Source of the DNA: Caecitellus pseudoparvulus
Taxonomy: Eukaryota; Protista; Bigyra: Bicosoecida
Reading direction: 5' to 3'
Length of the DNA stretch: 64,000 nt
Assembly (NCBI GenBank): GCA_965644315.1
Contig: CBFFRQ010000089.1
Location: 558,001-622,000, forward strand
Part shown: piece after piece, positions 50,417 through 61,300 of the stretch
How positions within the stretch are numbered: position 1 is the stretch's first letter
Layout: each line of letters begins with the position of its first letter
Translations under genes and position numbers: made by a program
Notes under the pieces: model-generated
Database searches by the model: none
Seen by the model: the letters and a program-made list of their open reading frames with translations, nothing else
Told to the model about the DNA's origin: nothing

Positions 50417-53400
50417 TCAGCTCCGGGAAGCAGCACCTGCTTCCAATGTCTGCAAGCCACCAACTATGGCCTGCACCACTTCAGGGAAGCCTGCACGCTG
50501 GGCGACATGGAGGAGGCTCACACCAGTTTCGTCTGCTATAAGGGCTTGGCGTGCCATGGCTAGGTCTGGGCAAGCTGCCAGGGCTGCGGACACAAACACT
50601 GCGTTGCCAGCCAGCACCGCAGGCCCCAGTGAACGTAGCACGTCTGCCAGCGGCAGGCTCCCGACTGCAGCGTTGACTTGGCTTGGATCACGGCACACTC
50701 CACGAGCAAGATACATGGCAGGGAGAGCGCCTGTCGCATCAGGCTGGCTCAGGAGTGGCTTGGACCATGGCAATGCACGGAGGACTTCCAACACTGACGC
50801 AGCACCGTGCAGGGAAGCAAGGTGCGCAAGTGTGGCTCCCCCAGGCAACTCCGGAGTGCCAGACGGGACCAGGGCATCTTCAAAAGCCAGTTCAAGCGAT
50901 GAAGTTGAAGCTAGAGCGCTGTCAAGAGGCACATCTACCACTTGCTCCACATCCAGGGTGCAGAGCAAGGCGAGGCTGAAGCATGCTCTGGGCAACGCGC
51001 GCGTGCATGCAAGTACGACTGGATGTGCAGCCGCATCAGCTTCTTGCGGAGCTAGGCCAGCTTCTGCTAGTTTTTGCCAAGCTGCCACAGCTTGCCGTGT
51101 AGTGGTGGCGCCGCCCAGCATAGCAATGCAAACACCTACATGCCCAGAGGCAAGTGCTGCGTTGAAGCACTGCAGGGCGAAGCCCGCATCGCCTGCATCT
51201 ATGGCTGCAGCGACACTCTCCTGGATAGCGTCTGGTGCGTCACCGCACTTGGCAGCTGCTTCGAGCGCCTGTCGCCAGCCTTCTTCAGTGGTCTGAGGCG
51301 ACACCGAGTCCTTGCCGGTCACTGCGTCGGCCTCGGTGACATCTGCAGGGGCACTTTCTCCTGACGCTTCGTCCTCTGGGAGCGCTGCCTGCGAAACCTG
51401 TGCTTGCAGGTGAGATTCACTGAATACATGCCGATCATCGCTGGCGCGTGTGACGAACGTGTCACTTGTCTCAGACCAAGGCCCACTGCTGCCCTCCCAA
51501 GCGGCTCGTGCTCGCACTGTGTAGGAGGAGTTGGGCTTGAGCTGGGAAATCACAGCGAAGGTTGGTGCAGCTGAGCGCTTTATCAGGGACATGCCACCTC
51601 GCGGGAGGTCCACCGCGCCATCTGGCGGTGCGTAGCCGTCGCTGCCGCTGGGGATGTCTGACCAGGCAAGTGCGGCGGATGTGTGCACGTCACTCCAGAC
51701 AAGGGAAAACTTGGAAGAGTGGTTGATGTGAACGGCCGTAGGTGCGAACATGCCAGGCTGCAGCTGAGGCAGCTGCACCTGCACGGCAAGGGAGAACCTG
51801 GAGGTGTCAAGGAGGGAGGGAGGGAGAGGGGAGAGAGGCGCCAGGCGTGCATGCATCCACTTGAGAACCATTTCCATCAATGAGGGGTTCAGAGCTTTGT
51901 CCCGTCGAAGCATGCCAGCAGGCGTTGCACCTGACTTCGTCTTGACACGGGGATCCAGGCCTTGCTCCAGCAACCACCTGACCATGGTCCACTTCCGCTT
52001 CAGAACAGCATAGTGCAGGGTGCCGAAGCCTTTCGCGTCTGCGACATCAAGGGCTGCTCCATGGCGCCTTAGGAACTTCACCACAGGTAATGACCCAGTC
52101 ACAACTGCAAGCAGGAGTGGCGTGGCTCCCACAGTGTCTTCACAGTGCACCGCAGCAGATGCCTGCTGCACCATCCATCTCACTGCCGGCAAGCTGCCAC
52201 CCTTTGCTGCATGGTGCAGAAGACACCTCCCCTTCGCGTCCAACGCATGCAGCACGTTTGGATCTTGTAGTTGTGGAGCAGACGTTGCTCCTGTTCCAGG
52301 TGTAGATATGGCCCGCCCAGAGCTCAGTCGAGGCGGGGTGTGGAACGCAGCACCGTCACCGCTGACGCTGGTTGGAGACTTACTGGGCGTTGGCCCTCGA
52401 AGCAAGCTTCCGCGTGAATCCAGTTCCACGAGAGCACTGACATCACCCGAAGATGCAGCCTCACAAGCCGCCTCGCTTAGCTGCGGGGTATCTGCTGCAA
52501 CCGGCTGCACTGGTGTTTCCCCAGCACCAGCGGAGCTGCTACCGGCGCCAACTCTTGAAGGAGAAGTAGTGCCACGCAGCGGAGTTTTGGGAGCCTCGCT
52601 TTCAGGCGCTGAAGAAGCGGTGCGCTGAGCTGGCGCCGCAGGTGACGGAGGCGCGGGTGTCTTGGCCGCGTGCGTCTCAAAGTCAACATGCCCACTCCAC
52701 CCAGAAGCCCCAGCCGTGCTGCACGCCTTCACCCGCAACGAAAACGATGCCCCAGGTTCAAAGCCGCGCACTATCTCGAGGAACGTGTGCTGGTTGGCCG
52801 TGGCTGTGAGCTCCTCGGCGCCGGAACCTGCTCCCAGACTTGCTGGCTGCAAGCGAAAAGGGGTACCAAGCTCAGAGGCCTGCCCGGCTGCTGCAGACGC
52901 GGATCCGCCATGCAGACCAGTATCGCGGACAAGGCATCGCGTGGAAGACACTTTCACTTCAGTCCAGGCAGCCAGGGTCCACTTGGAGCCGTGGGAGATG
53001 AGGAAGGACTTTGCCCGTGGCGTTCCTGGGTTGAACCCGGGGGCACCGGCCTTGGGCATCGTCCACTGCACAGCTACAGCTCGACCTTGAACCACTTCTT
53101 GTACATCCCTTTCCGCAGCTGATAAGTCTGGACCTGTAGTGGCAGCCTGTGTGCCACCACCCAGGCCCAGCAAGTCTTCATCATCCGGTGGGTGCGCAGC
53201 TACCAAGTGATGGTCTGTGGCGCGGGCAGCCAGCAGACGTCTGAGCTCCTCAGGATCATCAATGGGGCGAACTTGCGCTGGCGTTGGTGGGACTTGGCAC
53301 GCCCCCTTGATGAGCCACTGGCTTCGAATGGCTCGCGCCAGGCTGGCCACTTGCTGCACGATCTCCGGCAGAAAGCCTGAGCCATGCGGACTTCCAGCAG

Positions 53401-54331
53401 GTCGCAAGCGCGCGGATTCTTCTCGAGGCAGACTACTGAGGGCAGCTTGAACACTCGCATGTTCGATAGCCTTCAATTCGCCGCCTGGGCACAGCGCGAG
53501 GGCCAAGGCCCGGCTGCAGTCAGCTGCAGGCCGCGGGAGACCCGCCAGCGCTTTGCTGGTCATGGCCATGCCAGCCACATCAGCAGGGGTGTTCCCCTTC
53601 GAGTCCTTGGCAGTAGGTGAAGCGCCCCCCTGCAGCAGGTGCAGAGTCGCGAAGTCAGTGCCTGGCTGTCGGCAGCTGCCAGCTGCGATGTGCAGCGCAG
53701 TGCGGCCCAACGCATCGGTCGCTTGGGCCACGTCCGAGCCCCCTTCCTGCAACAGAAATGAAACCACTTCATGCCGACCCAGGCCAGCTGCGAAGTGGAT
53801 AGGCTGCATGCCCTTCTTGTTCACAGCTTGCAAGGAAGAGCCAGCGTTGTGCAGAGCCTTCAACGCCGGCAAACTTCCCCCAGCCGCAGCGTGGTGAATG
53901 GGCAGCCCTCCATCCTCATGGCTTGCGTTTGCGATGGCCATGGCAGTGACTTTCAAGATAGCTTCAATGGCGCGTGTGCTCCCTCCCCGTGCGGCGTGGT
54001 GCAGTGGCGTGAGGCCTTTTGCGTCCACCAGTGAGGCGTCAGCGCCGTGGCTCAGCAACACGACAGCACAGCCAGCGCTTGCCTCTCCTCGCCCACAGGC
54101 GGACATCAAAGGAGTTCGTCCAGCTGAGTCCCGCGCGTCGATGGGGAGGAATGCCTTGGAGACCAAAAACTGCAGGGTGTCTGCGTGGCCACCCGCGCTC
54201 GCTGCGTGCAGCACTGAAGCGCCTTGGGAGTCCTTGGAGTTCGCCAGAGCAGAGGCTGCTACGCCTGCCAGCGCATGGAGGTCTCCATTATAGGCTGCCT
54301 GGATGATTTCATCGCTCCTTGCTCCTGACAT
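50417..54331 (-). CDS. Ankyrin-repeat and fibronectin type III domain protein (1304 aa)
   Basis: Canonical GxTPLHxAA repeats in three blocks; two FN3-like C-terminal signatures (GFEPGASFSLRVKA...GWS and QLKPNSSYTVRARA...GPWSE). Confidence 0.85.
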   Translation of the reverse strand: MSGARSDEIIQAAYNGDLHALAGVAASALANSKDSQGASVLHAASAGGHADTLQFLVSKAFLPIDARDSAGRTPLMSACGRGEASAGCAVVLLSHGADASLVDAKGLTPLHHAARGGSTRAIEAILKVTAMAIANASHEDGGLPIHHAAAGGSLPALKALHNAGSSLQAVNKKGMQPIHFAAGLGRHEVVSFLLQEGGSDVAQATDALGRTALHIAAGSCRQPGTDFATLHLLQGGASPTAKDSKGNTPADVAGMAMTSKALAGLPRPAADCSRALALALCPGGELKAIEHASVQAALSSLPREESARLRPAGSPHGSGFLPEIVQQVASLARAIRSQWLIKGACQVPPTPAQVRPIDDPEELRRLLAARATDHHLVAAHPPDDEDLLGLGGGTQAATTGPDLSAAERDVQEVVQGRAVAVQWTMPKAGAPGFNPGTPRAKSFLISHGSKWTLAAWTEVKVSSTRCLVRDTGLHGGSASAAAGQASELGTPFRLQPASLGAGSGAEELTATANQHTFLEIVRGFEPGASFSLRVKACSTAGASGWSGHVDFETHAAKTPAPPSPAAPAQRTASSAPESEAPKTPLRGTTSPSRVGAGSSSAGAGETPVQPVAADTPQLSEAACEAASSGDVSALVELDSRGSLLRGPTPSKSPTSVSGDGAAFHTPPRLSSGRAISTPGTGATSAPQLQDPNVLHALDAKGRCLLHHAAKGGSLPAVRWMVQQASAAVHCEDTVGATPLLLAVVTGSLPVVKFLRRHGAALDVADAKGFGTLHYAVLKRKWTMVRWLLEQGLDPRVKTKSGATPAGMLRRDKALNPSLMEMVLKWMHARLAPLSPLPPSLLDTSRFSLAVQVQLPQLQPGMFAPTAVHINHSSKFSLVWSDVHTSAALAWSDIPSGSDGYAPPDGAVDLPRGGMSLIKRSAAPTFAVISQLKPNSSYTVRARAAWEGSSGPWSETSDTFVTRASDDRHVFSESHLQAQVSQAALPEDEASGESAPADVTEADAVTGKDSVSPQTTEEGWRQALEAAAKCGDAPDAIQESVAAAIDAGDAGFALQCFNAALASGHVGVCIAMLGGATTTRQAVAAWQKLAEAGLAPQEADAAAHPVVLACTRALPRACFSLALLCTLDVEQVVDVPLDSALASTSSLELAFEDALVPSGTPELPGGATLAHLASLHGAASVLEVLRALPWSKPLLSQPDATGALPAMYLARGVCRDPSQVNAAVGSLPLADVLRSLGPAVLAGNAVFVSAALAACPDLAMARQALIADETGVSLLHVAQRAGFPEVVQAIVGGLQTLEAGAASRS

Positions 54332-54385
54332 CGCTTTGGAAAGGCTTCAACCGGCGCCTTCTTGCAGAGCACCTTGGCAGCATGC

Positions 54386-54396
54386 AATTTCCGCAC
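54386..54396 (-). promoter_or_regulatory. GTGCGGAAATT element upstream of the ANK-FN3 gene (representative of a recurrent motif)
   Basis: The same motif occurs in about 12 promoter or intron positions in the window. Confidence 0.45.
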
Positions 54397-54738
54397 TGCC
54401 ACCTGGCCACAGGTGGCTGCGGTGAGCAGAGGCGGGGAGCAAAGAGGTCAAAGATACATGATGCATGTAATGTGGAGGTTTTGAAATGGGTCCGCTTATT
54501 TTACGGTTGGTTGGACTGCTGTGTGAGGTGTGAGCAAGGTGGCCAGCCCGTATGGCGTCCTCCCCTGGACCGCACCACGCCACAAACACTGGCAAGCGAC
54601 ACAATCCCGAAAATACGCCATGTACTCAAAACAAATGCTAGCACAAAACCACATTCTATTCCTGGGGCATCGTGGCTTGCAACGTGGGCCTGCAGCAGCC
54701 ATTCGACACTCGGCCAGCACCTGGCCTTTCGCGAAAGT

Positions 54739-56023
54739 ATGGCGACGTTGCGCTTGAAAGCAATCCATGGCGAGCGGAGCGCCATCTTGTCACTACCTGC
54801 AGCAGCTACATGGGAGGATTTTCAAAGCCAGTGCAGCGCAGAGGGCCTGGCCTTCGCTTTGGAAGATGTGGTGGTAAAGACAGGCTTCCCACCAAAGTCA
54901 TTGCAAGTTGAGTAAGTCCCTCCGAGCATCCCTGGCTTTGCGTCTTCCGCGCGCCCCTCTACCCAAAGACTCAATTTTTTCACCCAGGCCAGGCAGCAGT
55001 CTTCAAGCAAGTGGTGTTGGCAGCGGGAGCACTTTGCGAGTAGAAGTGCGGAAACTGGATTCACTGCAAGGCACCACGCCGAGCGATGCTGTCGCCGAAG
55101 GAGTCGCCGAAGCAGCAGTTTCTTCAAGTGAAGATCAGTGGACTTGTGGGATTTGTACACTGCTCAATCCTGCGGTTGCGACGGTGTGCAGTGCGTGTGG
55201 CTCGGCACCTGGCGAAGAAGGAAGTGCTGCAGCCGCCGCGGCAGCTCTGCCACAAGTGGCATCAGCATCTTGGACCTGCAGCCAGTGCACCCTGACAAAC
55301 CCCAAATCAAGCACACACTGTGCAGCGTGCTCTGCACAGGCTCCCTCGCCCGTCACTTCGGCAACCCTTGTGCAAGGGGACACAGCTCCCAAGCGTACCG
55401 TACGCGCTGCGATGAAGCGGGTAGTTTTCCCAGCTGACAACAACTGCCTGTTCACGTCCATCGCCTTCCTCTTACAAGGGGGGTGTGATGACAAGGGCGC
55501 TTCCCTTCGCCAAGTCGTTGCGCAAGCGGTGGCGGCTGACCCAGTAAAGTGGAACGAGAGTGTGTTGGGCAAGCCGCCTGCTGAGTACGTGTCTTGGATC
55601 AAGCGCCCAAACCAGGCTTGGGGTGGTGCGATTGAGCTAGCAATCTTTGCAGAACACTTTGGAACGACGATAGTTGCGTTGGACGTTCAGACTGTGAAAG
55701 AGCACGTGTTTCAACCGGGCAGCAAGGAAGCCACGCGTGTTGCATTCTTGCTGTACGACGGGATCCACTATGATGCTGCAGCCATGGATCCTGTGGGTGA
55801 TGGGACTCCAAGATTACTCTTGGAGCGCACTTTTGGCAGCGCTGATGCCACTGCATGGGAGACTGCACGGGCACTTGTTCGTGAGGCCCATGCAAAGCGG
55901 CAGTTCACAGACACCGCCTCCTTCACACTGCGGTGCCTGGTGTGCCAGAAAGGGCTAGTTGGGCAGCAGGCTGCTATGAAGCATGCGAAGGAGTCAGGGC
56001 ATGCGAATTTCGCAGAGTACTAG
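54739..56023 (+). CDS. OTU1: OTU1/YOD1 deubiquitinase with two inserted RanBP2/NZF zinc fingers, 1 intron
   Basis: UBX-like N-domain with GFPP; intron 54912-54987; two WxCxxCTLxN-x6-CxxC; ADNNCLF, WGGAIEL, YDGIHYD; C2H2 finger LRCLVC..HAKESGHANFAEY. Confidence 0.93.
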
Positions 56024-56241
56024 GTCCGGCCAGACGGACTGCTTGTGCCAGGCCCGTGCATGGGCAGTCTTCCGCGGTGCAATTGGTTTTCAAGAACCAC
56101 AACACAATGCAAGCCGAAAAGCGCTGGCATTGTTTATGTGCTACTGTCTCAGGTTTGTTCCACCACACCCTCAGGCGCTCCTCTCCGGTCCTTAGCTGCA
56201 GCGACATTGTTTGATTGGAGCCACTGCCGCCAAGGCCCGCC

Positions 56242-58247
56242 ATGGCAGCTGCTATTGTCGTCGTGTCGCTCTTTGGGGGCGACAAGTCGAAGCGAGTGGC
56301 AGTAAAAGAAACAGAGTGAGTGATGCTTCCTGCAGCTCTCTGCTTCTGCACGCTTGGGGGGTGCATTGCCTCCGGCGTGGTGGTGCGGAGATTGAGCAAC
56401 GCACTCAGAAACTTCCCCCTCTCTGCAGCTCATGGGAAGACTTTACAGCCAAAGTGTGTGCAAAACTGGGGATAGAAGCACTCCATTGCGTTGTTGGCGA
56501 GGAAGATGGAGCTGAGCTGGACGACGTTGAGGAGCTCATGTCTGGAGACCGGCTTGTGGTGTATCAGGAAGCACCAGCATCCACGACACCAGGAGCAGTG
56601 GCCGCATCTGCGGGCGAAGGGAAGCACGAGGCAGGTGAAGCGCCCAGCACAGTCAGTGATGGACCAGACAGCGCCCCAGCTGCTCTGAGCGAGGTGGCAG
56701 CAGCTATCGACGATGCGGCCTTGTCGCTTCGGAAGCGAAATGGGGCAAGCGAAGTGGCTGCGTGCCTTAACATGCTGTCCAAACTCATTGCAAACGCCCA
56801 CAAAGGAGACGCCAAGTTCCACACTATCCGCCTCACGCATCCAAGAATTGCAGGTGCGCTGGCTAGGCACCCTCAAGGGGTTGCCATGCTGGCGGCAGCG
56901 GGGTTTCACCCGTCGGCAGCACCCTTGGGTGCTGAAGCACCCACAGCGGCAGAAGGCAAGAGTGCTGATCGCTCAGCGGCCTCTACTGGCGGCGGAGACG
57001 CGCCGTCCGTCGAGTCCTTGGGCCTGACCCATGAGTTCATGGTGCTACCTGCCACCTCCGAGCTGCGCATCTCTGTACCGGAGTTAGAGCAGACTCTTGC
57101 CCCACACTTAGCTTGGGCGGAGCGCCACACGTCATCTGTGGCCGGATCAGCAAGCTACAACTTGGCAAAGCGTGAGCTGGCCAAAGTTCGCGCAGAGCAC
57201 GGGGTGTCAGATGCTGGTTCTGTGCCTTCTGACGAGCGCTGGAAGCTGTACCCCGTGTACTTGGCTGCCAAAGCAAAGTTTGATGCCCAGTGTGCCGCTG
57301 CGGGCCCTGTTGAGCGGTGCCCTTCAGTGTCAAATGATCCCCACTTGCGTGGCGTTGAAGTTGCAGAAGCGGCGGCCGTCGAGGACTCACAGCCTGCCGC
57401 TGCAGGAGCGGGCGGCGACGAGATGGATGACGCGGAGATCTTGGAGCAGCTTGGTGGACCGGAAGGCCTTGGGCAAGCACAGGCACTGCTGACAGCTGCT
57501 GGTGGCACGAATACCAAAGCTCAAGTCAAGTACGCGTTTCGCCCCCGTCGCCAGTGCACCAGTGCTGCCCCCCACCTTCCGTGCTCCCTTTCCTTTGCAG
57601 GGCACGAAAGGCCGCTCACCGCCTGAACAGGCTAGGCAGGCACGCGGCAACAGGCTGCCGCGTGCGCATAGTATTTCAAGACCTTGTCACAATCGTAGCG
57701 CGTTTTTCGCCCTTTGAGCAGGTGGACGCCATACAGGCTTTCGTCGCAGAATGTGCCGCAGGATCGAGCCCCCAGCCCAACTTTTCCCTCTTCAAGTACG
57801 ACGCAAAACTGGACAAAGGCAAGACTGTCCTGCAAGCCGGTACTGTAGCTCGAGCGCTGCAAGTGGGCCAGCTGCCTGACGCCCTACAGGCAGTTGAACC
57901 TCACGCTCGGCTTGGACTTGAGGGGATTGCCCCAGCCGGAACTGTTGTTGTAGTATGGACATCTGCCAGCCCTCCAATCCAACCTGGCGCCGACGGAGCA
58001 GCTCAAGGTTGCTATCTGTCTGATGCACTGAGGAAGGCCTTGCCTAGCAAACCCAACCCAGTTTCCTCGGTGCGTGGTGCCCCCGCGCACCAGCCAACTT
58101 CCGCCCCCGATGCTCACCGGCAATCCTCGTCGTGCTGCGCAGTTCAGTAGCACACCTGCCAGCACGCCGGCTTCTGCTGAGGCGATGGGGGGTACTGCGC
58201 AAGGGACAGACAAGCAGCAGAGTTCAAAGCGTTGCAGAATTCAATAG
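56242..58247 (+). CDS. KHA-like + PUB + UBX domain protein (UBXN6/PUX-like p97 cofactor) ending in CaaX, 3 introns
   Basis: Introns 56316-56428, 57530-57600, 58070-58142. KHA-like EDGAELDDVEELMSGDRLVV; PUB LSKLIAN...KFHTIRLTHPRI...LAAAGF; UBX RVRIVFQD...ARFSPFEQV; last exon ends SKRCRIQ*. Confidence 0.78.
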
Positions 58248-58327
58248 CTCCCGACTTTGGGTTGCGCCCATCCAGCTTATCTGGCCTTCGCGTCTCACCG
58301 AGCAAGCATCTGCAACGTGGGGAAAGA

Positions 58328-61300
58328 ATGCTACGGAGCGTGCGAATCCGGGACTTCCGCTGCGCTGCGGACGTTGACTTGCCCCTGCGCAGTGGACTAG
58401 TTGCCATAACAGGCCAAAATGGGAGCGGGAAGTCGACTCTTCTTGCTGCCATCCTTGTTGGACTGGGAGCCTTGCCCCCAACCAACGCCAAAGGCAGCAC
58501 GCTGGAGCTTGAGGTGCTCCCGTCACAAGAGTGCGAGAGCACGTTGCACGTGCGTTTCACCAATGGAAGGTACAGCGTTGCTCACCAAAGTTCCGGGCCA
58601 TTCAAGCCCTTGAGCCGAAGAAAGCTACAGTCTTTGCTTCCAAAAGTGGTCCACATCCGGCAAGATGAAGTCTCGCAGTTGTTGCAGGGCGCAAGCGGCG
58701 CGCTGCTCCCCCTGGTGCGCTGCGCAAGCGCAGAGGGCATCTTGGCCGCTTGCACTGCCTGCACTGGCCGTCTGTCTCGCGAGGAAGCAACACTTGCGGA
58801 TGCAAGTGCTCGAGTCGAACATATACGGCAGTGTCTTGATGCTGCCCAGGCATACTGCGATTCGGCGCCTTCCGTCAGAAGTGAACCGAGACAGTTGGTC
58901 CAGGCTCTGGAGAGCCTGCCACCCAACATCGAAGAGATGGCAGACCTGCACTCTCTCATTGAACGGGCACAAGAGGCAGAAAAGCGAGCTGGCCATGCTG
59001 AGATCAAGGCCGCAAAGCTGCATGCGGCTGCGGAGGCTTGCCAGGCGCGTCACGAGTGTGCGCTGTCGCGCTTTCGGCAGCTTGATGCAGACATGAAAGC
59101 AGCAAAGGCAAGGGAGCTGCACCACAAAAAGACACAAAAACGACTGCAAGTCCTCTTGGACCAAGAGACGGAACTTCAAGAGAAGCTGCGCCATGCACAT
59201 GGGCTACGAGCATCGCTGGCGTTGAGAGCCAGCGCTCTGCGCGAAGGCTTGGCGTCTGCGACAGCAGAGGAAGTTGCACGCCACCACCTGCAGGCCTTGG
59301 ATGAGGCGCATTCCATGCTGGACGTCGGGATCGTGATTGATGCTTGCATGCAGCTGCGAGCAGCGGGCATCGCGTGCCGCGCGTGGGAGGCTGGTGCGCT
59401 GCAGCCAGTCACAGATGCCCTGGGGACGCTGACAAGAATCGCCGCGAAGGCTCAGGACTGCCGGGATCAGCTTGATTTTCTGAAGGAGCCGTCTTCAGGG
59501 CAGGAAACAGCAGTCATTCTCCTTTGTCAGCGCTTTTGTCAAGCTGCCGACCTCTTGCAGTGTGCGTCCCTGGCTATGAAGAGAGGAAACCACGGAATTC
59601 GTGCTTTCTGCGCATCCAGCCTCAGAGACATACAGACCAAGCTGCAAAAAGCGGTCAACCGCTTTAAATGCGCCTGTCAGGATGTTCGAGTAGCGGCTCC
59701 GGGTTGGAGGCTTGCGATAGGGTCTCCCCTACTCCACAGAGGCACTGGAGCTCCTTTTGAGGCATATGATGAAGCATCTCTGCTGGAGGAGTCCCTGGAG
59801 CACATTGACGGGCTGGGGTCCAGTGACATGGAGCTTGTTCACCTCTTGATTCAGGGAGACCTCGAGAGTCTCGCACAAACGGCTCTTGGGGCAGGTCTGG
59901 CAGCGGAGGCTTTGGAGAGGGATGCTTTCGCGTGCGTGGATGGGTACTTTGGGCGCGTGGGAGACATACTTCGCCCGGCATTTGACGGCGATTGGAACCG
60001 TGCGCTGTGTGTTATACTTTCGCCACAGCTATGCAGCAAGCTGCTGTGTGCCGACGAGGTAGCAGCGCAGGAGCTCCTCCGGATCGCCCGGCGTCAAGGC
60101 AAGCGGGTGGCGGTGCTGCCTGCGGCCATGTTGGCAACTCTCGACGATGAAAGTCGACGAGAAAAAGCTGCGGTGTTGTCCCAGCTTCGGAGTTTGCACG
60201 GTGAGGGTGCTGCCCTGGACCCTGCCTGCCTGCTGCCCACCCAGTCGAGTTGGGGTGCTGACGTGGCCGCGTCCATCGCGAAGCTACAGCAGTTCTTGAC
60301 TGACCGGTATGTTTTCGTCTCAAATGACACAGTAGCTTCAGAGGCGCTGAAGGTTCTTCCCAGCTGCGTCACCATTGTGACTCAGCAAGGCAACAGACAC
60401 CATCGAGGGCGACTTGAGGGGGGAGCATCCGGCTCATGGTCGCGCCGCTGTGACAGCACCATTCGATGCTTCCGAGCCCAACGCGAACAACGGAAGGCCT
60501 GGATGGAACTTCTGGACGCCTGCTGTAACTTGCAGGCAGCATGCACTGTGCACGGGCGTGTTCTTGAGGCATGTGCACAGGTCTTGCGAGTCGGGGAGCA
60601 GTGCTCCGCAAGCACCGCCGGAGTGTACGCAATGTCTTCATCTTGCCGAAACCACTGGTCCTCTTTTCGGAAGCGAGAATCTGTGGTGCCTCCTGCAGCA
60701 CTTCAATTGAGTGGAATTGAAGTCGACTCCCTTTCTGATGCTGAGGTCCAGCTGGCGCAGTGTGACCAACAGGTGGACAGCCTGCGAGAGTCACTGCAAG
60801 CGCTTCAAGAGGAGGTTGAAATGATCTACACGTCAAGATCAGAAGACTTTGATACTGAACATGCCAGTGTGCGAGGACAGAGCACCTTGCAAGAGGCGCG
60901 GCGTGATCTGCAAGCTGCGGAGGCAGACCTGGGAGTTGCCGCTCAGTTGGCGGACGATGGCGCAGATGCTGGTAGGCGGCAGCGCGAATACGCGGACAGC
61001 CTTCATGAAGATGCACGGATCATGTGCAGGAGGTTTCATTTGGAGCGAGTCGGTGCAAGTGGAAGTGTTGACCTGTCCGCTGTGCGAGACTGTTTGAGGC
61101 AGATGGCCGAGAGCAGCAGAGACTTGCTGGAGGCAGCCCTCCAGGCCCAGCCCACAGAAAGGGGAATCGGAAGCCCCCCCCCACAAGGCGAGCCTATCTC
61201 GCCTACAAAGTCTGACTCGGATATACTGTCCATCTTCTCTGCTGTGACGGACCTGGCCAAGCAAGCAAGGGCAGCTGTCGCTGGAATCTCGCAGGCCCGA

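Noticed and set aside
50417-50463. Apparent overlap between the DPP ORF and the ANK-FN3 gene
   Set aside because: Artefact of non-ATG starts in the ORF track; the first DPP ATG is at 50277.
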